This document shows positions 36,313-49,112 of a stretch of DNA of 64,000 nucleotides, piece after piece. Each line of letters begins with the position of its first letter. Position 1 is the first letter of the stretch. Source of the DNA: Yuukianura sp. NJ FZ-2021 (taxonomy: Eukaryota). The position numbers were made by a program, and so were the translations under genes. Location of the stretch: the NCBI GenBank assembly GCA_046563655.1, contig CM102285.1, forward strand, positions 14,632,001-14,696,000, in the 5' to 3' direction. A model generated the notes under the pieces. It was given only the letters and a program-made list of their open reading frames with translations, ran no database searches and was not told the DNA's origin.

Positions 36313-39300
36313 ATGGATCGTCTCAACGTAACGACATCACACGTTCCGGCCTTTTTAGGCAAGTTATGGAAGATAGTCGATGATCTGTCCACAAATGATC
36401 TCATTTGTTGGAGCGAAGTAAGTTTATCAATCTGTATTTAAGTTAATCAACCATATACAGTTCAACTCTATAACTTAGTTACATTTTGTATCCGTGTCGC
36501 GTATTACAATATCAGAGTCTGTCTTTTCGTCGTTTATCGGTAAATTCCCGGTTTTGGATATTAGTGGCGCTTGAGGTATGCGGATGACAGCGGCACGAAT
36601 GTCATACGAATTTGATGGAGTGATGTTAACCTTTTATAAGGTTTGAGTACATTTCATCTGATTCTGAGCAAATCTTCATGTAAAACTGAAAAAGATGGAG
36701 GAGACATGCTGTACAGTACTACGTAGTACCTAACCTTAGTTGTGTATGTGAGGTCTCTGAGGTGACGTGATGGCAAAAAGAGAACCACCTTCGTACGGGT
36801 ACGAAGCAAAAGTCAACCTACGTAGCGTGGGAAGTTCACTGATTTTTAGTACACAAGATTCGGATCTGATGGTTGTTTCCCATTGTTAATTCTCCTTTGT
36901 TCCTCTACGATGATTAAAATGTTTCCTAACTCCTAATGTCATCCTTTTTCTTTCCAACAGGCAACAGCAACTACATCCAGCATCTTTAAGTTGGCAAAAA
37001 TTCTGCTAAATTGGCCCATTACGTCGATTTCTCTTTTTTTAATGTTATACGTAGACTATTCCCAGTTGTCATTCCGCCCCTCCTACTCAAAAGCTAAGCT
37101 ATGGCTAACGGCTGTCTCGTCTGGTGGCTAAGTTTAGAACGAAATGGCCATGCTGTTGTGAGGTTTTTAGTAAGATATGCTTGGGATTTGATAGGCTAAT
37201 CATCACCACAACTTTTGTTAATTAATTTGTACTCATCGCACGTTTAGTGGATGTTTTGGTATCAAGCAATGCGCTTATATGCGGCTGAAACTGAAATGAT
37301 GAATATTCAATAGTTATGATGATGATAAATTCTTTTGGGAAATATTTTGATCCATTTTTGTTTACTGTTGTTTTCAGAGTGGAAAAAGTTTCATCATTCG
37401 GAACCAAAACAAGTTTGCACGCGAGCTCCTGCCGCTGTATTATAAGCACAACAACATGGCCAGTTTTGTACGTCAGTTGAACATGTGTAAGTCAAATGAC
37501 GCAAAACTACCCAGTCTAAGAAGTTCGGTTAATTAACAACACAACTTTTTAGAAAAAAAAATGACTCGGTGATACAATTTTTTAAAATTTTTAGATGGAT
37601 TCCATAAAGTCATGTCAGTGGAACAAGGCAGTCTACGGCTCGACCGAGATGAAATGGAATTTGCACATCCATATTTTGTTCAAGGAAGTGAAGAGGCGCT
37701 AGAATTTATCAAAAGAAAGGCAAGACTTCAAAATTTAGTTTTGGGTTAACACCATTGTTCAATTGTTTTCGTGTTCTCATTTTCAAAATTTTGAATTTTC
37801 ATTATTTTCTGGAACAGATTTCCACTGCAAAGATTGAAGACTTCAAAGGACGACCAGATTCACTGAACAAGGTAAGGAGCAAGGTTGTTTGAGTTCTGAG
37901 TAGCTCAAACCACCTTGGTAAGGAGGTTATTCGACATTGCTGTTGCTTGGTGACGAACAGTTGGCATGTGACATGTTGTTACCTCACAACATGTCACATG
38001 CCACATGTTAGTCTAGACCAGACCAACATTGATTGCTTGGAGTCCAACAATTGGCATGTGCCTAGTTCTTTGTTTTGTAACTTTGTATAAGTTAATTAGT
38101 TTCCTGTGCAATTGTAGGTTTTAATTGACGTTCGGCAGATGAAAGGACGTCAGGAGGCGATGGACTCAAAACTCGTGGCGGTGAAAAGAGAAAACGAAGC
38201 CTTATGGAGAGAACTTTCACAACTTCGACAGAAACACGTCAAACAACAACAAATTGTGTCCAAGGTACTCAATTCAATTCTCGGAAAATCATGAATCGTG
38301 AAAATTTTCCATCCAAATGGAATTACTTTTGAATTACTTTTGAATTACTTGATTTTCAATATGAATTATTGTTGGTTTTTATAGCTCCTGCAGTTCCTTG
38401 TGAGCATGATGTCGTCGCAGTCTCATCGGATCAGTTTTAAACGCAAGATGCCTCTCATGCTAAACGGCGTCGAGGGAGATTCCAAACCACCCAAATCAGC
38501 CAAAATCAGTCGTCCAATTACAAAATCAGAGGAGACTATGGTAAGAATAAGAATAAGAATTACTTTGTATGACGAATTACTTTGAGTAATTACTTACCTT
38601 CGCTTATTTCAGACTGAAACTGAAGGTGGAAATGGACCAGTAATTCATGAAGTTTTTGAGTCTGACGAACCTTTGAGCATTTTGAATCTGCCGGAGGATG
38701 TTCCAGACGCTGATGAAGCGACAACAAGTGACGAAGTTGTGAGTCCGAAGTTAGTGAAAGTGGAGGATCTTCTGGACAAGGCCGTCAAGGAAACGTTTTT
38801 GAAAACCCCGAAGATGCCGACTACGGCTGAGCAGTCGACTACTCCAGTGGTTGTGTCAGAGCCAGAAGAAGCTGCGAACTCTCCGTATGTCTCGGATTTG
38901 CTGAGTATTCAGACGGTGGATTCGAATTCAAAGTCTCCTTTGTCGCCAATGAAAAATGAGGATCCATCCGTAGCTGAAGGAGAGGTTGACGCCATGCCGA
39001 CACTGGAAGAGTCAATGCAGCTTTCAAGGTAAAAGTGAAAAAAAAACTTGGCAGTAGTTGTTGGAGAATTAGGAAGGTGGAGAAGATGCTGGCAGTACTT
39101 TATTTTGGAATGTGTGTTAACTGTTGTTAATTTTTTGTAGCAAACAAGAACATTCAACATCTAATGCCATTGTAAAGCCCAATGTTATTCTTCCGTAAGT
39201 TTCTAAAAAGTCGAACAAAAGATGAAAAAGTCAATTCGACTTTTTCAACTTAGAATCAAACCGGTTGGAGTACGGCACGTTGCTTGGGTACAGTGACACG

Positions 39301-40275
39301 ACACATAAGACTTAAAATCCAAGAAATTCGTCGAAATTTTGATTAAAAATCTTTTGTGAATTTTGAAAGTATTCAATGAACAACCATTGGGTTTTGCGAG
39401 ATTTGAAAATTAGTTCGAATTTTTCAATTCTTTTCACTTTTTTTTTCGTCTTCTCTGTCTCTGTGTCCTGTTGACGTTGAAAATTATGAAAAATGTAACA
39501 ATTTTTGTATTGTTTTGCAGGAATGACTTTGACGGGCACTTGGATGACATGCAAATGGGGCTGGACAGTTTGAAGGATCTTCTGCAGGGAGGCACTTACA
39601 ATGTTGATGCGCAGACCCTAGCAGGGGTAGGTTCTCCGTCAGACTTGCGACCAACCTACAACTTTGATTCAGAGACGCTGAGACAGGTAGAACTCACCAA
39701 CAGTTAGTTCCAGGAACTTGGCAAATCGCTGAATCAGCGATTTCAAGTTCCTGGAACTAGCTTTGGCCAGATATTTACTTCCTGAGTACATGATGCTGCT
39801 GGATGACTAATTCAACCTGCCTCAAGCTCGGTGTTTCTGTCTCCATTTTATTTTTAATCAATTCAACTTTTCAGATTTTTAAATTATGTTGTTTTGTTTT
39901 TGAAGCTTTTTGGATTTGACACGCATGAAAACTTGCCAATGTACGAACTGACAAATGATGAATTCAATGACAAAAAAGTTGACAAGGATGTACCTCTCGG
40001 GATCACTTTTGGAAACAGTGAGTTTGAGATTTGAATAAATGATTAAAACAGGAATTTAAATCGATTTTGTTCGATTACTTTCAGGTCTTGATGAATCGAT
40101 GGTACCCGGTGCAGGTTCGGATTTGGTCTCATATAACCCCTGTCTCTTTGAACTGGTAGAAGACGATCAGTTTCTGGATACTCCAAACGACAACATTTTC
40201 CTGGACGATGAGTTGGACATGATGCTGACCACGGACAGGAACAAACTCAATGAAAACGGAACTGCTTTTTCCTAA
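36313..40275 (+). CDS. Hsf: Heat shock transcription factor (HSF1 orthologue)
   Basis: [116 protein letters not shown]. Stop 40273-40275. Confidence 0.96.
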
Positions 40276-42892
40276 AATGACGTTACTTTCCATGGAGTTG
40301 TACAGTACCGTTTTGGTGTCGTGTCGGAGGAGCTGTACCGTATCGTATCGGTCGGAGGTTTCACTTTTCGAGTTGTACCGTATCGTATCGGTAGAAGTTT
40401 CATCAGTTGTTAGTTGGCAGAAGCTTTAGAAGATTTATCACAACATTTTAGACGCATAGATTTACAACTAAAGTAGAGTTCGTGTTACTGCATCACAATA
40501 TAATTTTAAATAGTAAGCCTAAATGTTAATTACTATAATTCAGTTTTTTTTTTCGGAATGAGTGGAAATGGAAACTGCCGAGGATGCTAACGAGAATTGC
40601 CGAATAGCAGTTAAATTTTACTACTAAACTAAGTTTAACAACATTTATCTAAGTACCTTCTTAAATGAACTAAAGTCATACTTTTTAGTATGATTAATTT
40701 TTGAACTTGCAAAATGATAGGATTTCCGGAAAATTTTTGTCCTAACATGAGATGATGAATTGTCTATCGCTTATTTCCATTCGCTAAAAACAATAAAATA
40801 AAAAATCTTAACTTTTAAATCAGAGAAATCTCTACTTTCAAAAAAATCTCTAGGTTTAGACGCAGAAATTTTTTAAAATTTAAAAACTTGGAGTTAATCG
40901 GACAGACTTAATTCGATTCACTGCAAGTTTTTCCAGTGTTCTAATGCTGTTTTCATGTTTTTAGCCAAGTTGGTGAGACATGAAACACAGAAGGCACTTG
41001 AGAGTGACAGCATGCGGATCTCACAGCATGACGTCAGTCTCCACTTGGCTCCGCCTCCAAGCTCTTTCCCAGAGATCCACCATTGTACTTTTAAGCAGAA
41101 AAGAGTATACCGTTGGATCTGGTTGGGACAGTGGCCGACGATGTTGCCATGTCACTCTTGCAGTTCAACTGAAGAGCGTTGGTTCGTGAGCAGTGCCCAT
41201 GTTTTTTTGTTCTTCGTGCTAAAACGACGATGGTGAGCATGTCTGGGGCTGGGGCAGGCAAAGCTGTTTTGAGCTCTTCTGGGAAGTTGGGTTAGGTGAG
41301 GAGGTGAATTGTCGATCGGGGTTTAGTTGGGAGTTTGAATTGGGTGAAGAGGGTACGGACGAGGCGGAAAAAAGTAAAAAATCGAAGAGATCTTGTGACT
41401 TGCGGGAGAGTGGGGAGTGGTGGAGTCATAGCCCATAGTAGTTCTGTGACCCTTGTGTGGTGGTTTTGGTATGGTGGTGCTACTACAACGGTCGTCTCTT
41501 CCTTCCATGTTGTTGGTGGAACTCTCCTAAGAAAAATAGACAGAATAAAAGGATTTTATTACTAGAAGGAAAGGCCTGTACGAATTTATATTTCGGGGAC
41601 CGAACCTCAACGCAGAGTCCAAGTAAATGGGATCCAAACACCCTGAATTCCTCTTCCGAGGTATGAATTTTTCATAGTAGCTACCTTCTTCCTAGCTGCC
41701 AGTACAATCCAGTATCAATTCTAGATGTAAGGGACAAGTCTCCTATGTGTCCGCCCTTCTTTGTGTCCCACTTCTGTCCAACATCTTTGTACTAGTAGAG
41801 GATCTCTGGTGGGAAGACATGAGACGGCTGATTTTGAGTCATTCTTGATCGTAGAAGCAGCGATTGAAGGTGTTTCATGTTCTAGAACAAGACTGGAGTA
41901 ATCTCGGGGAGTCTAAAAACATAAACAGACATTCAATTAGTTTAAGGGCTCAGATGATTTCGCAGTTTTTATAATTTGGCTGCGGTCGGCTGTTGTGATA
42001 GGAGCCTAGTAACAGCGCAGTGTGATTCTAGGAAAGGCAGAAACTACGCAGTTACAGGAATTCTAATGATTTGGTCAAAACACGAGCAAGAAAAAAGTGT
42101 CTTTTTTCTTACTCGTTTTCCAAGGTCTTTATATCATCATTTGGAAACCGAAATCTAAGTCGAGGCGTATAGTCGTTAACTTAAATTTAGGATTCCAGAT
42201 CATGTCAGTTCCTCCACAGTTGATAAACGAGGTCGACTGAAGTTTCAGTTTCAGGAATTCAGCCTCTGAGAACAGTACTTGCCCTCATTTCCTATTTTTA
42301 CCTAGAAGTATTTCCTCATCTCCTTTGCTTTATAGATGGATGGTGGTTCCTCAATTGTGAATCATGTTTCCTCGGTACTTTTTACATTGGATCCAAAAGA
42401 ATAAGGTTATTGAACCAGATGACTGTGCTGGCCGAAGGGAAGTAGGATGGAAGGGCTGCTTGAAAACTCTTAGCACGGAGTTGGTCTCTTGGTTGTTCAA
42501 AATGTAAACCGGATCGGATCACGATTCGACATAAAAGACCACAAAAAAACATAAGATTAGACAAAGACTCTGACAGATTAGTAGTTCCTTCCTTTGAAAA
42601 TGAGTGTCATAGAATAATAAAACGTGTAGTAATCGATTACTTTTACTGCAGTATGCTTTTGACATGTCCCGTGACGTTAACTTATCTGAATTCCGAGTGG
42701 TCGATGACCGGTGTATCTCTGTCTCCTGTTGAATGATAGAAAAGAGAATAAATCGATTGAAATTAATTAGGAATCGATCGGAATGGATAAATTGGTCCTT
42801 CGGATACTCCGATTTTGAATTTAGGTCAAAATTCAAACAAGAACAAAGACAAATTGAATGAAAAAACTTCAAACAAAACACGACATTTAAAC

Positions 42893-42981
42893 TTTTACCG
42901 CGATTGCAGTCTACGCATGCGTCACTGACGCAATGATTATGACGTCATTGACGTGTAATTTATTCAAATCACGCGGTAAAA
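42893..42981. promoter_or_regulatory. CRE/ATF-site cluster bracketed by a 10-bp inverted repeat upstream of charlatan
   Basis: TTTTACCGCG...CGCGGTAAAA encloses ACGCATGCGT, TGACGCA, TGACGTCA and TGACGT. Confidence 0.4.
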
Positions 42982-43790
42982 AGGGAGTGGCGCCCAAATT
43001 CAAAATTTCGCTGATTCGGGAAAGTTAAAAGGGGTGTCCAAACTCCTAACTAATGTAATATTTTGATATGTAATACTTTAAACACTAGTATTGCCGTGTT
43101 AAATTACATAACAATTATTATCAACATCATAAAATGCTAACTTAGGTTTAATTAAACTAATTAGTTAATTAAGATTCATATTAAATGGAATTTTATGGAT
43201 GCGATAGGTTCAGTGCGGCGCATGACTCTCCAAGTGCAGTTTTTCTGTAGGGGGAAAAGAATGAGTACACAATGAGCGGCGGGAATCCATGCATAGAGAA
43301 AGATGCATTTTTGAAAATAAATTTCACTGCCTCTGGCTACTCGCGTCGCGGAATGGAAATTCAGAAGTTAATCAATTTTTTTTACAAAGTTGAATCAAGT
43401 TAATTAATTAATCATGTTTGTTCTTCCCCACTCCTGGCATTGGCGATGTATGGTGACACAGGAATAAGTTAAGTAAGTTCTTAATTCTGTACTTTGTAAC
43501 TACCGGATTCCTCAACGTACAGTTATCGTTGCCCACTGGGTTTTGTTGCCCATCGATTTATTTATTAATGGTTAAGAAACCAAATCAATTGAAAGAAAGT
43601 GTGGAACTGTTGTATAAATGGATTGGATGTCGTATTCCATGTGGTTCAAACTTTGAACTTCAAAGGTCAAGTAATCGATTGTTTCGTGTGACGACGAATA
43701 ATTTTGGTTTCTTTGCTTTTAGATACCTGAATCGTGAACTATATTTTTCAAGCCGACTAAAGCAAGGAGGACAACTTACACGTTCTAAAT

Positions 43791-46700
43791 ATGGCTACGC
43801 TGTCGAATACCCAGAATCTTAACATTGGTGGCCAAGCCACGACTCAACCCATTTCGGTATCTGGGATTTCTCCTTCCGGAGGACTTACTACCCTAACTAT
43901 TCCTTCTTCCGCTTCAACCGGAAACACGCAGTGGATGTCCACCAGACTAAAACTGGAACCTGGTCTTGTCAACACCTCAACTTCAAACTTAATTCAGACA
44001 AACGTCATGAACAATCATAATGTCGGGAGTACCGTGGCCGGTACATCGGCTGTCGTCAACTCCCAACCTCTCACTCTGGACTGTTACGAAGACATGTTCA
44101 AGGAAATTACCAAGAAGCTGTACGGTACTGACGATGCTTTGGCTCTTATGACCGACACAACGGATCCCACGACTGCTGGAAGTATCATTTACGACCCAGA
44201 GACGTTCAGGACGGATCAAACTGGTGCGATAACCTTTGTGAATACGAATGGACTCCCCCCGGGAACAATTGTGATCCAACGCAGGTTACCAGATGATAAA
44301 GGTATCAAATTTTTCAAACATGATTCAATTTTCTTCAAAGTTGGCAAAAATTTTAGTACTTTTTGATACGATTTCAGCGATTCAACCTGGGGATCAGCTG
44401 ACGCTGGCAGCCGCTTCGACTCCTCCAGGACTAATTGAAGAGCGTTGGTTTGAGAGTGACACTGTGCTGAACTGGACCACTTCCAAAATTGCCCGATACA
44501 ATCCGAACCAAAAGGTTTTCCGGTGTGTTGATTGTGATTTTGTCGGTTTTCTGTCCCGAGTGGCTGAACATTGGTTGGGCAACCATGCCAGCCTAAGAGT
44601 CTTTCAGTGTCCGCGATGTCCTTACACCAGTGCTTGGGCTCGTTGTGTTCGGTAAGTACTTTAGATTGATATAAAACCGATTTTAATCATGAAACTGAAT
44701 TAATCATGATTAATTGATTAATTTAGGATGCACTTGACTCGACAACATGGCGAAACTCTCACGGACAACAGTCTCTGGAAGGAAAACCCAGTTCTGGAGG
44801 AGGTAAGGGCTGGAGTGTGTCTATAATCGAGTAGTGAATTTACACCGGTGTGTTTTAATCGATTAATTTCAGGTTACCAAGTTTTTGAATTCATTGAAAA
44901 CACGAGTTGAACAGAAGGTCGACACGTCCTCCCCCGGAGAAAAACGGTACTTGTGTCAATATTGTTCATACTCGACTGACCGTCGTGATCTTTTTAATCG
45001 TCATGAAAATATTCATAGAGATGAGAAACCCTTCCAGTGTTTCGTGTGTGAGAAACAATTTAATCGAGCGGATCACGTCAAGAAACATTTTACTCGGATG
45101 CATCGCGAACACACTTACGACATCAACAGAATCCGGAAGCACATTCCCAAGCCAGCAGCGACTGTCACGGGCACTGGAGTGTCCATTTACCAGCCACCGA
45201 AGTATGTCAAGCAAGAGACGCAGCATCAACAACAACACCAAATTGTCCAAATCCATGATCCGAGTGGGGGGATAACGAGTGAGGCCGTGATTCAGATTCA
45301 GTCCGTCTCCGGGGGTACCGACGGGATGACGATTCAACAGATTCCGCATCTCGCCTACGCCTTCAATCCAACCACGACACAGGCATCGCCTCAGGCTGGA
45401 ACGGCTACACAAGGCGGTGGGACGGACAAGAAGGCTCCAAAAAGTAACTTTTTTGAAAAACCCAAGAATTTTTTTTTTTTTTTTAAGTTTTTTGAAAATC
45501 TAAATCTAAGTTGAAATTTGTTTGTAGCTCCTAAACCGAAAGGTCAGAAGAAGAAGAAGCAGGGAGAGAAGATGTATACTTGTTCCTACTGTCCATGGCA
45601 AGGAGTTGACAATTGGTGTTTGAAGCGTCATCTCAACACACACATCAAGCCTTTCCTCTGTGCTCTCTGTGACTACAAGGCAGCTCGGAGTGAGCGACTG
45701 GCCACACACGTTTTGAAAGTCCACAACAAACGAGTGTGTCATAAATGTTCGTTCTTAGCTGACGATCCGGAGAGCCTCGCCCAGCATGTCCAGGATAGCC
45801 AGTACGAAAAAACTTTTACTGATTGAGTATTGCAGTTAGAAGTTTAGCTTAAAAGTGGATTCAACTCTTTATATCTCAAGCAATATCTCTAGATATCCAG
45901 AAATATCTCTAGATATCCAGAAATATCCCCAGATATCCAGAAATGTGTCTCGGCAAAAATATCTCAACGATAAACTATCGGAATTGAGATATTTTTGAGT
46001 GGATATCTGCAGAATCCAGAAATGTATCTCGGCAAAAATATCTCAAACCAAAACCATCGGAATTGAGATTTTTTTTAGATAAGCGAGATATAGTGGTATG
46101 ATATGATGCCTGTAATGTTTAGTTAGACATGTTGATTTTTTTTGTGTTTTAGTAAAAAAATGTTTTTGTTTTTGTAATATAGTCAAAATCCTTTGGTGAA
46201 AACGGGTTACAACTGTAACCTTTGTCAAGAGTACTTTGAGTTGCGAGCAGACCTTGAAGCCCATGCTATTCTGGAACATCAGAAAGTGATTGTCCAGTGT
46301 GACCTCTGCGACTTCCGGACAACAGATGAACTGAGTATGGAGTCCCACTTGAGAGAAAAACACAATCTTCAACCTGGAATGGGCGCCGTAGCTGCAGCAA
46401 CTGCGGCAGCAGCAGCCGCTGTCACCATTGAACAACCTCAGCAAGTAAAAATACTGTTAACACCAGTTTAACCTTTTGTTTTTGTCCATTTTCACTTTTT
46501 ATGAAATTCAAAATTTCAAAATTTTTTTAATTTTTTAGATGATCGTCTCCCAGTCTCAGGTGATTCAACTTCCGCCTGAGCAACTTTCCGTTTCAATGCC
46601 AGCACTTCAATCTTCACGCTCCGTCCAACTCCCCCCTCCACCGCCCCTTCAACATGTCTCTGAAACGATTGTGAAAGAAGAAGATTTGAGTTCAGACATT

Positions 46701-48443
46701 CAATATCACATTGAAGAAGCCATTTCGAGTGTAGCAGGAGTTTCTTCAGACTTGGACGTTCCACCGGACACTTCTTGTGACTTTTGTGGTTGCGAATTTT
46801 ATGAAGAGGAGTCTGCCCACAGACATCAAAAGGGACACGAACTGAGGAAAAGTGAGCCACCAGAGTTACTCAACTCCAAAGTAATCTCGAGACATTACAC
46901 TTGCAGTACCTGTTCCTACAATTCCGCTACGAGCCGAATCATGATGCAGCATCAGAGGACACATTCGGGATTTGAACTTGAGTGTAAGGCTGCGGGATGC
47001 ACTTTTACCACGTCTTTTGAAAATAGCCTCAAGGAACATATTCATCTGGACCACTCTGACGACGTTGTCAGGTAAGCTTTTTGACAAATTTTTTTTTACA
47101 TGAATTATTTTTCGACGAATTAGTTTTTGAGGAAAACTGCTGCTGGTAGTGTTCCCAGTTTCGGACACCGAACATTTCGGTCATTTCCAGTGTGAGATCT
47201 GAAATATTTCACTTTACAGTGAAAAATGAAAAAAACTGAAAAATACATGAAATGAAATAAACCTTTTCAGCTTCTTTAATTTATTTCACTGATAAGCTGA
47301 AATATTTCAACGAAATATTTCAATTTCTTTCACTTTCTTTCAATTTGTTTCCTTGAAATAAAAAAAAATATAGTAAGATTAAATTTTCAGTTAATTTCAC
47401 TTTTTTTCAATTCTGTTCAATTTTTCAGTTTAGTTCAGGTTTTTTTCAGTGAAATGAAAAAAAAATCTCAACACTACAACACTGGTCGTTTCGGACAACA
47501 TTTCAGAACGAAATGACCGAAACTGGGAACATTGGCTGACGGCCCTGAATTTTTTTTTAAATCAGCTGATTGTGAATTTTTAAATTTTAGATGTCCGCAT
47601 TGTGGTTATCGAATGCATTCAATCGTGGACTTCACTTTTCATTGGAGAATTCATCACTCGAGTGTCTGTAGCCTTTGTACCGGAATTTACCGAGTAAAGT
47701 TCGGAATGAAAGAACCCGACATCCAAGACTTTGTTTTCCGAACTCCCTATGAAGCTCTGGAATACCGGAAATCCGAAGAGGACATGGACGAGAATCCACT
47801 AGAAGTTCCAATCCAGTACGCCGAAGTAGAACCACTGGCTAAACGGCCGCGAGAAGAACTGGGTTCGGTTTTTACCAGTTTAGCAACCTACTTCAACCAT
47901 CCTAGTATCAACTTCCTACCGAGAGCAGTTGACATCACTGTCATCTCTCTCAAACCGCCAGTAGACACCATCTCTACGCCACGCCCACGCAGAAGACTCT
48001 GGGACCGGAAGTTCGATCGACGAAACACTCGGGAAAAAGTTATTCGGTACACGATCAGGCGCCTCATCAGTACAAACAAAAACTACTCTGTTCCTCTGCT
48101 CCAGACGAGACGCGGAACAGGAAGAAAGTGCTTCCAGCAAGAGTGTCGGTTCGGAAAATCAACTCGGTACGTCCGGAAAAGTTCGTACTTGCTTCATCAG
48201 ACTCGGGTTCATCGGAAGTTGAGAGTAAAGTGTGACAAGTGTGATGCCTGGTTTCCATACCTCTACAAAACGCTTCTTCATCAACGAAAGTATCATGCGG
48301 GGCAGAAAGGCAGGCAGGTCAAAGGTCACGGTCAAGGTCACGCTCACCGTGGACCGTTTCAGCAGCAAGCTCCGCCTCCTCACGAACTTCTTCATCACAA
48401 CAACAACAATATCCATACGAGACTTGCCTTCAAGCAGGAATAG
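43791..48443 (+). CDS. chn: Charlatan-like C2H2 zinc-finger transcription factor with extended C-terminal fingers
   Basis: YEDMFKEITKKLYG, YSTDRRDLFNRHENIHRDEKPFQC..FNRADHVKKHF.RMHRE and LKRHLNTHIKPFLCALCDYKAARSERLATHVLKVHNKR. Eight exons join in frame. Confidence 0.88.
45880..46085. repeat. Intronic 20-nt AGATATCCAGAAATATCTCT tandem plus ~80-nt direct duplication
   Basis: Three 20-mers; tccagaaatgt.tctcggcaaaaatatctcaa..atcggaattgagat occurs twice. Confidence 0.7.
47147..47534. mobile_element. hAT-like MITE (outer element of a nested pair) in the last chn intron
   Basis: TIR TAGTGTTCCCAGTTTCGG / CCGAAACTGGGAACATTG; TSD GCTGCTGG (47139-46) / GCTGACGG (47535-42). Confidence 0.75.
47188..47484. 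mobile_element. hAT-like MITE nested inside the previous element
   Basis: Ends CAGTGTGAGAT...ATCTCAACACTACAACACTG; TSD GTCATTTC (47180-87) / GTCGTTTC (47485-92); internal TGAAA/TTTCA repeats. Confidence 0.7.
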
Positions 48444-49112
48444 AATCTTTCAAAAAGTTTAATCGAGCCGATTTTTTAGTACATACTAAAGATTTTCCAG
48501 AAAAAGAATTTTTTGGGGAAATTTAAAATTTCTAAAAACTGTAAGTATAAAGTTCACAGCCTTACCTCAGCTTTTAAATTTTAAAAACAGAAAGTGTGAA
48601 TGGGAAATTAATTAATTTCAAATTAATTAAAATTAATTAGAAACAGAGGAATTTTAGGATCATGGAAAAGTCAATGTACAAATGAACAGAAAAAAGCTTT
48701 AGTTTTAAATGTATTAATCCGAAGGAGGAGAAAAAGTTCTAACCATTGTTAGTTAATTATTTAGGTAAATGAGGTTATTTAGTTTATATAATTAAAATTG
48801 TGACTATTGAATTATTATATTATTATTAATTATTAATACATATTCCATTAATTCACTTTTTGGTTGGGTATTTAACTTAAGTTAAAAAAAAGTTTTACTT
48901 TGTTGAAACCTTAGGTTAAAAAAGATCCAGGAAATAAACGTATAAACTATTTTCCTGTCAAAATTGAAAAAGAAATTGTCAATTCAAAAAAAAAATTATA
49001 GACAGACGGACAGACAGACAGACAAAATCGCATCAATAGGCTTCTCAAGAAGACTAAAAATTGAAAATTGTAAAAAATTGTTTCGTTTTTGTATTTTCAC
49101 TTTTTCAAAAAA

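Noticed and set aside
39705..39759. Heat-shock elements (HSF autoregulation) in the hairpin
   Set aside because: Spacing is TTC-N3-GAA (STAT-like), not nTTCnnGAAn, and the second site is simply the hairpin's mirror image.
40955..42881. Short ORFs between Hsf and chn
   Set aside because: No recognisable domains or consistent splice chain; more likely chn 5' UTR exons, introns and enhancers.
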